A stretch of 64,000 bases of DNA from contig OZ234493.1 in assembly GCA_965153455.1 (NCBI GenBank), forward strand, positions 10,902,213 through 10,966,212, written 5' to 3'. The position numbers were made by a program, and so were the translations under genes. The notes beneath the pieces were generated by a model. The model was not told where the DNA came from. It saw nothing but the letters and a program-made list of their open reading frames with translations, and ran no database searches. The DNA comes from Sphagnum compactum (lineage: Eukaryota). This document shows, one piece after another, positions 53,623-64,000 of this stretch; position 1 is the stretch's first letter; each line of letters begins with the position of its first letter.

Positions 53623-54659
53623 TAGGTTCATATTATTTAAACATGAATGTCATGCATTATTTAAACATGGAAATCGTGTGCACGATTTTCGTGTGTAAAC
53701 AACATGAATAGACATACAACATCCGTGTTCAAACAATATGAATAGGCCTATGACATTCATGTCTAAACAATGTGCATGACATTGATGTGCAAATGACACA
53801 AATAGATGAATGACATTCGTGTCCATTATATACAAACCTATGAAAAACAAATTTCACACGACTATTATTACCAGATCGTGGCCCCTTAAGTTTGTGATGC
53901 AAACTTTTGAAATATTTTTTATATAAATGATGTAACTAAACATTTTTTTGTGTGGTGAATTTCCACCATTTTGCAAACATAAAAGGGGCCATCAACAACA
54001 ATATAAAAAAAATTATTTAAAAAACTAGAAATTTTCATTTTAATTTGTTTAATGATATAATTCTACAATGGGTTCTAGGACTTGTAACCAAAATATAAAA
54101 ATATTTTAACAAATTTATACCTCCATATACATGGTCTATAGCCAAAACATGGTTACATTTTCTTAAGGTGAGCTTGAAGAACACCACAAATTTGGAAAAA
54201 TATATATATAAAAAATTCATTGATGAAATTATTGTTATCACCATTTATAATTTATGCATTTATTTAATTTTTATAATAAATTTAAAAATCCACCTTTAAA
54301 TATTTAAATATAAAATTGTAACAAAACAAGCCCTAAAAATTTAATAAATCAAGTTTAAAATAAAAATAATAAGTAGAAAATACTGATAATTTATTTATTA
54401 TATTTTAATTTTAAAATCATAATATATTTGTCATACACCAAGCGAAACATATGGGAAAAATTTAAAGATTATTTATGGGGGTTTTTGGTGTGGCATCGTG
54501 AACATTCATAATGAAAAATTTATCCACATGATGCTTAAAACAAACTAGGGAAAATAATACACTCCAATTTACATAAATGTACAAAAATTTAATATATGAA
54601 GAAATTATATTAGAGGTTTACATGCATCCTAAATTTTGCATGCATGAAGATTTGACCTA

Positions 54660-55335
54660 ATCACTAACCCATTCAAATATAAATATGAAAGTTCGTTACT
54701 TTTTATACATCCATTTTAAAAAATTGTGATGAGTGTAAAATGCAATTCATGAACAATGGATTTAACACATTCAAAGTGAATGATTCAATTCATGTGCAAA
54801 CGCTGATAATTCAAGAATTGTGAAAAACATTCATTAGCTTGTTCAAGTATAAATGTGAAACATTAAATTATATATCTGTTTCAATATATATTAATAAGTG
54901 CAATATGTAGCATTTGAATAATGGTTTTGATAGGTTCAAAGTGGATGATTCAATTGATGTAAAAATGTTGATAATTCAAAAAATGTGAAAAAACTCACTT
55001 AACCAATCAAGTACAATTGCAAAAGCATTGAGCTGCATGTTTCAATATATTTTAAATATTTGTACAAGATGTAACTTGTGAGTAATGGTTTTAATATATT
55101 AAATGTGAATGGTTTAATTCATGTACACATGTTGATAATTGAAGAAATGCGAAAAAAATCATTAATTCGTTCCAATTTAATGTGAGGTTTTAAATTGTGA
55201 CATATGTTTAAAAAAATTATGGTAAGTGTAAAATGTAATTCATGAGTAATAGTTTCAACGTGTTAAAAGTTGATGGTTCAACGCATGTACCATGTTGATA
55301 GTCAAAGAGATGTCAAAAAAATCACTAACCCATTA
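54660..55335. repeat. ~164-bp diverged tandem repeat, about 4 copies
   Basis: Unit AATGGTTTTAA..AAAGTG.ATG.TTCAATTCATGT..TGTTGATAATTCAAGAA..GTGAAAAA..CACTAA recurs at about 54755, 54920, 55084 and 55248. Confidence 0.8.
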
Positions 55336-57141
55336 TAATGCATTATGTAAATAAAGTTAAAGGCTACCTCAATTTCCACATCAACAATTTGAAATTATTA
55401 AAAAATAAAATAGGGTTCAAATATATATAAATGAACAACATAGTGAATGTAACAACTATGAACAATATTGACCATTAATTAGTGCAACAAGCCATTTGCA
55501 AACTTAAGATGGTTAAATATAATTGAAATGTAGTCAAATTGGATAGTAGTCACAATGTGTGGGGGTGAAAAAGGACAAGATTTCTTCTTGTGTTGTAAAT
55601 TATTCTTGGTTGTTATTGATTATTTCAAATTATTACACTTTAGGTCATTATTGGTTATTTTACATGTAGGCTATTTTAGGCTATTTTAGGTTATTTTATC
55701 AAGTCTATTATTGATTATTTTATATTATTTTACCCTAGGTTATTTCACTGTAAGTTATTATATGCAAATTTTAAATATGTTATTTTAAGTTTAAATCATT
55801 ATATTTTGTGTAAGGTTATTTTAAGTTATTATACCTTAAGATAAAGTACCCTATAATAATATAAAACAAAATGACCTTGAATAGCTCAAGCTATAATTTG
55901 AAATAACATATAATAGTTTAAGGTAAATTAACTTAAGGTATATCCTAGGGCTAATTAAATAATTTAGCTTAAAATAACCTAAAGTAGAAAGCCTATAATA
56001 AATTAATATATAACCTATAATATCTTAAGATAGAATCACCTATAATAACCTAGGGTATCTTAAAATAACATAAGGTATAGCCTAAAGTAGCCTAGGGTAT
56101 TTAAAACAACAACATAAAAATAAACTCATAGTAAATTATAATAATGAATTGTGTCAACCAATAGTGAAACATGATGTTTACATAGGCACCTTATAATGAA
56201 ATAACTTTAACCAAGGTGAAATCACTAAGTTGTAATGAACCTATTTCATTTTTAAAATCACATAGTGATTTAAACAAATGAACTGCACCCTACTTCTGTG
56301 CTAATGTATGGCAAATCTTCTCTTGTGTAAACCCACCATATCCAATCTTTTAAACCAAACTTGGACCTAGATCTAATTGAAAACCTAGAATCAAACAACA
56401 TTGGTTGTTTATTCTTATTTGTCCACTTTTGATGTAACCATCAACTTGCATATAATATTTTAATATGCCATTTGTTATATTTTACTTATGGAAAGGAAAA
56501 TGCCCATTTAGATGTGCTAAAATAAGGTCACCTTAAGATGTGTTCCAAAATAATAACTTGAAGTTTTCAATGTTGAAAGAACCTCCTAAATGTTGAAGGA
56601 ACATATGAACATACCTTCCTTTGTATTGTTGTTTTTTGGAAATCATATAGGTCTAGGTTCCATTTTGCAAAACCAAAAAGAAATTTCATTAAATGAATCC
56701 CATTTCTTTGCATATTATAATGGTACATAATGTTACTTCAATTAATTAGACAAGGGGTGCTTCCCAATTCTTTTCACCCATCACATAAGAAAAAAGAAAA
56801 TTGAAACTTTGGAAGCTCCACAAAATAAAAATTTATATGTGAAATTGTAGTGCCTCCCTTTTGGCTCACCTATGGTGTGAAAGTAATGCCAAAACTTGCT
56901 AAATAATAACTAAGCTTCCAAACCAAGTTGTGTGGTGTGTGGCTATGGAACTAGTAAATGTGTAAATAAATGGGGTTGTTGTGAAAATTCAAGGAATCAT
57001 GGAAAGGAATTTCTTGGGGTTGCATAAAAATGTGAAGTACTCCAATTTTATGAGTTGGGTTTTTTTCGTGCGAAATGAAATACATGCGATGCTTAAATTA
57101 ATGTGCTAATGAATGATTGGATTTTCATTTTACTTTTGTTT

Positions 57142-57287
57142 CGCTACTATAAAATGTGGGTGCAAATCATTAATCCCCATTCATTAGGCTAATGAATTCA
57201 CTACGTCCCCACTAGGTCCCATTCACTATGACCAATGACTTGATTCAAAATCTAATGAAATCACTTGGTGTACCTTTTGTTGTAGTT
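57142..57287 (-). mobile_element. 146-bp miniature CACTA derivative, copy C
   Basis: Both ends match the copy A/B termini in reverse orientation (CGCTACTATAAAATGTGGGTGCA.. and ..TTCAAAATCTAATGAAA..TTTTGTTGTAGT). TTT flanks both sides. Confidence 0.6.
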
Positions 57288-60212
57288 TTTTCAAGAACCA
57301 CAATACCTCAAATCAAATATGTAATTAGTAAGGCTTTGTTGTAATGCTCCAATATATTAAGTTGACAAGAGGATATGATGACAAGTTAAATCCAAAGCCA
57401 GTTAGGTTTTTATGTCTATGATGTGGATGAGTCCAAACACAATATATATGAAGACCCACATAAAAAGGTGTAATGATTGATAATAACTTTTCATGATTTA
57501 GGGCTAATGTTGAAATTTTTAAAGGTACTTTTACAATAATGTTTCAAATGTATTATGGGAACATTTGTATAAATTTGAAACAAATCTAATGAATATAAAA
57601 TTCTCAAAAACATTTAAAAAAAAGTGTAACCAATTTTTTGGTTCTTTAATTCTTTTCTTAAATTGCATTTGGGTATTATATGTTCATTTTATGTACATTC
57701 ATTTTATATACACATGTACATAATAATAGTCTTTTTGGGTTATAACAATTTTATGTTGAGTTTTAACTTGTAAATAATGAGTTAAAAAAATTGAATAGAA
57801 AATCTAATTTTGACATGTAGTCTTGACTAGCTAACCCATTGCTTTAAAAGCAAAACACCAAAAAGGTGAGGTTGGGTCCTAGTATTGTGTTTGCACTGAT
57901 GAAATTATTGTTTGAAAATTGAAGCATTGGTGTGACCTAGGTTTTAAGATACATTGGTTACTTTCCATGGTAGTTTTTGTCAACATTAGCATTTGGCACA
58001 ATTGGATATATTGGGATAGGTGTTTGAAGAGATAATTTGTAGAATTACATGAGAGAATATAATCAACTATGTTTTTAGATGGGAAAATGTCACCTTTAGG
58101 CAACATTATTGATATTAGTGAAAACATTAGGGTTGAGTGATGTTGCGGGTTGAGAATGTAGCTTTTGGGCATAACATTGAGTGAACAAAGTGAGTGGGTG
58201 CATATGTAGTTGAAGTTTATGTTTAGAGAAAGATAGAAAGGGGTATGTTTAAACAAAAAACATTCATGCCAAGTTTCTATTTTAGAACCAAAAGCATTGG
58301 GCGGGAATCAAATGTGTCAAAATAATATCCCAAGGCATATAAACTCGTGAAATTGGAGTAAGAAAAAATACTAAAAGTCTAATCCAAATTCTCAACCATG
58401 ATTTAAGGAGTTAATGTTTACTTAGTGTGTGTATGTGCATTAGGTATAGATTGGTTGTTCCTATTGTTTCTCTAAGTCCAACAACTTTATTTTGTTTTAT
58501 GCATGCCATACAATAAAATGCAATCATTTGTATTTGTTGGAGATTGTGTGATGTTGCAATATACAGACAACATGTGTTGTTGTAATTCTTGTTTCATGTT
58601 GCCATACTTTTTGGTTACACACCTATATAGGTGAGAACCAAAGAAATTTGGGCAAACCATATAGGGTAAAAATGTGATATTGGAGAAACCCTTGGATAAC
58701 ACATTGGGAACTTGGGGAACATCATAAGGAATATGATGAAAACAACAAATTGTTTTTTATGCCTAGCCCCACCCTGCCCAAGGAAAAGAGATGAATCCTC
58801 CTAAGTGCATGTTTAATCATCTCATTGGCTACATGCAAATTCTATTCTTAAAACTAGTTGTCACCATTTTTGGTTTGAATTAATACCACTTCCTAGGAGT
58901 GTAGGTACTTGTTGCTTTATGAGGCTTGTAAAATAAGGGTGTGTCATTGCCATGGAACCACCCAACTAGTTTTCCAACTTCATTTATTACCATCAAATAG
59001 TGGGAAAAGGCCACTTGATGTATTTTTAAAATGTAAATATAGTATCCTCTCTTGCCCCTAAGTAGCCATCTAACTTGCTTGTGATTTTTTTCCCAATCTC
59101 CTCTTCATAGTGCTAGTATGAAAAGTTTGGACATAAATATTTGTTAAGCTAGTGGGAATTTCCAAGTTGGGTGGGTTGGGGGAATGGCAACCATGTTTGA
59201 ATGAAGGGTCAACAACCCAATGTTGTAGGTACTAATAGTTGATATTTTGTTGAATATTTATTTATTTAAAAAATCGAGGTTTGACAACTTGAAAAATGAA
59301 ATTTCAAAATTTCAATAGTCGAAGAATAAATATGCAAAATACACTTTAAGTTGTGTATTTCTAATGGTAACCCAATGATTGGGAAAATAAACAATTTTTC
59401 ATAAATTGGGAGTACAATTCTTAACAAGATTTGGCAAATATCCATAAGATTTTTTCTTTTTCATTAGCAAGACCTTTTGAAAATGATTTTGTGCCAAATA
59501 GCAATTGTAGGTACCAATGTTGTGTGGGTAATTGATTAACCCAATTACTTGGAAGATGTTATAGTTCTAGGAAATCAATCAGCCAAACCATATTCTAATC
59601 TTCTAGTAAGGCAAACTTCTCCACTTGATCCTTCTTGTAGGGTATGAGGATGTGTTCAACAAATGCTTGAGTGGTTTCCAAATTGGATCAATGATTGGAA
59701 CTATAGGTAAGATGGAAACCGACTAAAAAACATTGTTTTCTTCCATGATTCATGGGTGGGAGTGTATGATTTGTTGTCCCTTGAAACACAACTTGACCTT
59801 TCTGTTGAAGATGAAACAATTATAATAATTTGTCTTTTGTCTTCAATTCCCAAACCTGAACATGTTTAGCCCCTCTTGTCTCCCATGTCCGATCTCCTCC
59901 AGTGGGTACAAGGTGTACCCCAATTTGATTTGTGTTGACGATTAGGCACATTGGTATGTTATACACCTTCACAAGGTAAGCAACCCTATGTGCCATTGCC
60001 ATGCCTTCTTGCTCCCATGTCTAAAGAAACTTTCCTGCTAATGTAGTTGTTGCCTTATAAGACCAATTGAAGCGAGTCTTCATGAAATTTCGTGACCACT
60101 CTAAAGTCACTTTAAATCCTCCTCTTTTTATCGAGTCCTTTAGAAGTTAAAGTGTTTTGCTTTCAAATACACCTTGAATGATTGGTTGCACTATAGGTGC
60201 AAAAAGTCCTTG

Positions 60213-62781
60213 CATTAGAAGAAAAACATGTATTTTCGACTAGTCTTTGCAACAAAATTTTAGTCGCAAGTGACATTTTGCAACTAAAATCTCTTTAGTC
60301 GCCTAAGACAAGTCGCATGTGATAAATTAGTCGCAAATGACAAAAGGTATTAGATGAAAGAAAAAGTTAACAAATATAAATTCATCCTTTGATTCCATTG
60401 TATATGTATTGTCACATGTGACTAAGATGTAACTATTTTGGTCACAATTGAGGGCAAATGACGTGCTGCCACGTGTCTTAATATTTGATTATTTAATATA
60501 TAATAATTATTATTATTTTGAAATAATTTAGGATGTTTAATTCAAATGCTTGGATGATCTTATATTATGACACGTGGCCCAATGTAAATATGCCAAGTGG
60601 CATTAAAAAAAGGTTGGTAGGTACATAGGTAGGTGCCTACAAACCTAGGTTACATACCTACCTACCTACTTAGGAAAAAAAATAGGTAGGTAAGTTTTAC
60701 TTACTTAAGCAAAATACCTACTCATATAGGTAGGTACTTAGGTAGGTAGGTACATAGGTCAACCTAGGTGGGTAAATCAAACTAGGTACCTACTTAGCTA
60801 GGTAGATAAGTAGGTTGAGGAGGTAAGTACTTTAGAATTGTGCATAATTTGTTTTTTTGTTTTGGGTTGAGCCTTTTGATTAACTCATCCCATGTGCACA
60901 AATTTCTCAATGTGAAATTGGATGACCACACCCCCTTGTTTATATAGTGTTCAAAATAGAAATTGAGAACAAACAATATGGGATAAGTTTTGAAGTTACA
61001 ACTTCCTCACAAACTAAGTTGTAATTCCAAAACTTTCTTCATGCCTTATTTTTTTAGTTTTTAGATTTATAAACAATTCAAGTACATGGTTCACTAGATA
61101 ATTAAATAATCATTTAATTAATAATGATTAATTTTACATATATTTAAATTATAAACTATACACTACAAATATTTAGTAATCATTATCAATTACTTAAATA
61201 AGTTATAACTTTTTAATATTTAACAAACTAGCTATCTAGTTACTCATAAGTTATTAATACATAACTCATAGATAATTAAATAAAAAAATATTTAAAAATA
61301 TTTTATTTCTTTTAAAAATCTGATCGAAATATAGATAATATAATTAATGTAAAAAAATTAATGACTATAATTTAAATTTTGAATTTTTTAAATATTTATT
61401 TTAAAATTATGAATAATGAATTAACAATTGATATTAGAAAGTAAATTCTTACGTGAATTTTAAAAAAATTATTATTCAACTAATTATATTACTTTCTATA
61501 TAATTACATTTATTATTGTAAAAATTATATAGGTCAAGTAAATTTTTTTTCTTTGGTAATTATTAACTATAAATACAATAATTTGTTAAACATAACATTT
61601 ATTTTCATAATTACTGTAAAATTACTATAAAGTATTTATCATAGATGATTAATCCAAGTATATATATATGCAATATAATAATTCGTGAAACTAAAATTAG
61701 TCAAATAATTATTAATTACACTATAATTTTTCCAAAATTTTAATTCTGGTTTGAAGTTTAGTTATAAATTACAAATTGCAAATAATTATGTTCATTTAGA
61801 AAATAATTATGCACATACTAATTAATTCTTATCTAAAGTAATTACAATTATTTTAAAATAATGTCACATTAATTACATTAATTAATTTCTTTTAATATAA
61901 GAATATAAATTATATCATATATAAATCTATGTTATAATAATAATTATTTAGTTTAACTTATATTTGAGAAAAATAATCATTTATTATCATTTATAAGAGT
62001 GATTTATTATGGATGACACTAGTAGAAAAAACCCTTAGAACTCAATCAATAAGTTTTTGAATTAAAATATAAATTTAAGATTCCAAAATAATAATTTAGA
62101 ATTCAAATATCAATTTTTAGATCAAATAAGTTTTTTGAAGTTAAATAACAAACTTCAGAATTGAAACGTCAATTTTCAGATTCAAATAATAATATTCAAA
62201 ATGAAAATGTCCATTTTAAAACTCAATTAATAATTTTCTGAATTGAAATATTAATTTCGAGAATCCAAAATAATAATTTGGAATTCAAATTTCAACTTTC
62301 AAGTCAAATAATTTCTTAAAATTTAAATTTTAAACTTCAGAATTCAAATATCAATTTTTAGATCAAATAAGTTTTTTAAATTTAAATATCAATTTTCAGA
62401 TTTGAATAAAAAATTTCAAAGTTCAAATATTAATTTTGAAATTCATTATATGAACAATATACATACGTATATATATATATATATAATTTTAGTACATACA
62501 TTAAAATACACCGCTATGTCATTGTAGAATACCTTTAGGATACAACTAATTTGGTGACTATTGTGATTAATGGGACATATCAACCTATTAATGGATGAAA
62601 ATAAATGTAAAATCAATAATAGGATGAAATTTTTAATAATTGCATCATAGTTGTGAGAATGACCAAAATAGTTAAAATTTGGTCTTGTAGTTGCAAATAT
62701 TCTCAAATCTAGTCGCAAACGACCACAAGTCGCATGTAGTCGTAAATGGAGTGGTTACATTTTGGCTGATTTCTACTAGTG
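60213..62781. mobile_element. Non-autonomous CACTA element D
   Basis: Left end CATTAGAAGAAAA, right end TTTCTACTAGTG, TTG TSD on both sides. Subterminal (T)AGTCGCA repeats at both ends. Internal GCCACGTGTC/GACACGTGGC inverted pair and a TAGG-rich tract. Confidence 0.88.
62017..62445 (+). repeat. Orphan CACTA left end followed by ~20-bp AT-rich tandem units
   Basis: CACTAGTAGAAAAA at 62017, then repeats of AGAATTCAAATATCAATTTT-like units. Confidence 0.6.
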
Positions 62782-63093
62782 TTGTCCAACAACTCGCATG
62801 TTTTTCAACATGCTAATGAGTTCATTTTTTAATTTTGGTTTTGTTTCCAAAATTGAAAAATGTATTTTTGATTGCCATAGAAGCTATCCTTTTCTCTATG
62901 GCATTTTTTAGATGTGGTTTTATTTCCCTTCTTGGGGTGAACCATTTGGAAAGAGAACCTTTACTCAATTTATCATATGTACCATTAACTTCATCTAGTT
63001 TTTTGTGAAAGGTCTTCAAATAATGAAGTGCATTTGGCATCGTGGAAAGCGCATGAACAACATTTTTTTAATGTTGGAATTGTAACCCAACAA

Positions 63094-63230
63094 GTGTTGG
63101 GGATTGTTGATTCTCAAATTGAAATAAAAAGAGTTTTCAACATTGCAGGTATTTGCACGTATCTAAGATGCTTGTGGTAATTGAGCATGGACAATCTTGA
63201 AATTTTATAAGCATATACAAAATATCCGCT
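63094..63230 (+). pseudogene. hAT transposase C-terminal dimerisation-domain remnant
   Basis: VLGIVDSQIEIKRVFNIAGICTYLRC..LSMDNLEIL resembles the hAT motif LxIPxSxxxxERxFSxAG. Confidence 0.7.
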
Positions 63231-64000
63231 CATGGAAAAATTTCTAGAGATGGACGAAACCCTAATGAATGAAAATGAGGATGTACTTGCATCACTTGGG
63301 CTTTTGGACTTGGAGAATGGCAAATAATAGCCTTTAGATAGATAATTTTTATTTCTTGTGGCTTGCATCTTTCAAGTTTGATTCCCATGTTTGTCATAGT
63401 TGATGTATTCAATTTGATCTTTTTGGTTGTTGTAGGCCTTGGAATGATTTTGTAATGACCTGAGCCTTAGGAATTGGATATGATGTACACAAAAAAATTG
63501 TCTAGTTACAAATTTTTTTACTTCTTCATTATTATGGCACTTTCCATTTGAATTTCTTGATTTTGGCAAAGTTAGGGGAAAATGGTGTTTTGGGGGACTG
63601 AATTAGGGCAGATTTGGGGGCAAAAAGTGGATGAATTGGGGGACTTTTCAGAAGTAATGTTGGGGGCAAATTTGGGGCTATTTAGGTGAGTTTTATGGCA
63701 CACTTGATAGTGTTTGAGGACTGATTTCAAGGTGGCAAGGTGTTACATTTTAAACTTAACATACAAGTGCATGAGATGGGAAAATTTGCAACCAATTGAT
63801 GAAAAAAAAATTGTATTGATCCATTAATAATTAGTAACGTAGTTTAGAGTTTGAAAGAAGGTTACCTGGAATCTATCCTAATCTACCTTAAAACTGGGAA
63901 TTAGAATACTTTGAAAATAACAAGAACCAGATTCAAAATCACCTTTGAAAAACAAAAACCAAAACCGAGTCAAAATCGATTTCTTGACAAAATTAAAAAT

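Larger units (their letters stand above)
48442..55592. mobile_element. 7.1-kb TIR element with CACAA termini (CACTA-like variant), non-autonomous
   Basis: Perfect 24-bp TIR, CACAAGAAGAAATCTTGTCCTTTT / AAAAGGACAAGATTTCTTCTTGTG. Flanks are TTA and TTG, a 3-bp TSD with one mismatch. It interrupts the simple-repeat array of copy B. Confidence 0.8.
47230..56306 (+). mobile_element. Non-autonomous CACTA element, copy B (interrupted by nested elements)
   Basis: Ends TACTACACCAATATGC and TTCTGTGCTAATG with TAT TSD (47227-47229, 56307-56309). About 130 bp at the left end and 200 bp at the right end resemble copy A. The GGTTATT array is split at 48441/55593. Confidence 0.8.
59560..63060 (-). pseudogene. 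pogo/Tc1-mariner-like DDE_1 transposase split by a CACTA insertion
   Basis: The right part ends ELISMLKNMRVVGQ and the left part resumes QGLFAPIVQPIIQGVFESK. Later motifs: LIVNTNQIGVHLVP, TWETRGAKHVQV, QVVFQGTT, NH*SNLETTQAFVEHILIPY and MVWLID. Confidence 0.8.

Noticed and set aside
52393..53698. Duplicated ORFs of 121 and 174 aa (KGVRVSTPFINAFQ..)
   Set aside because: They lie in duplicated non-autonomous Helitron sequence, are F/K-rich translations of AT-rich DNA and show no Rep or helicase motifs.
54660..55335. Regularly spaced repeats as a possible CRISPR-like array
   Set aside because: The whole unit is repeated and diverged, with no unique spacers and no cas genes. The same applies to 62040-62445 and the Helitron terminal modules.

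Overview
Eukaryotic, AT-rich land-plant DNA. It is most likely a moss such as Sphagnum; this is inferred from land-plant genes sitting next to a flagellar gene. The left half (to about 31 kb) holds four intron-containing genes: an EF-hand lysophospholipid acyltransferase (LPEAT2/LPCAT-like, +), a CCDC146/MBO2-like flagellar coiled-coil protein (+), a cytosolic tyrosyl-tRNA synthetase (+) with a U12-type-looking intron just before KMSKS, and a 2OG-Fe(II) dioxygenase (-). A decayed hAT transposase lies between the second and third genes. The right half is a transposon graveyard whose history can be read from terminal repeats and target-site duplications (TSDs). It includes a MITE with a 4-bp TSD and GRG..CYC ends (Sola2-like), a truncated Ty3/gypsy element with a long extra ORF between integrase and the PPT, and a three-member non-autonomous CACTA family. 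One member carries a nested stack: CACTA > CACAA-ended 7.1-kb element > multi-ended Helitron > 287-bp insert. There is also an ABCG/PDR gene fragment and a pogo-like DDE transposase split by a CACTA insertion. No rRNA, tRNA or CRISPR was seen. All family assignments come from motif recognition by eye, not from database searches.
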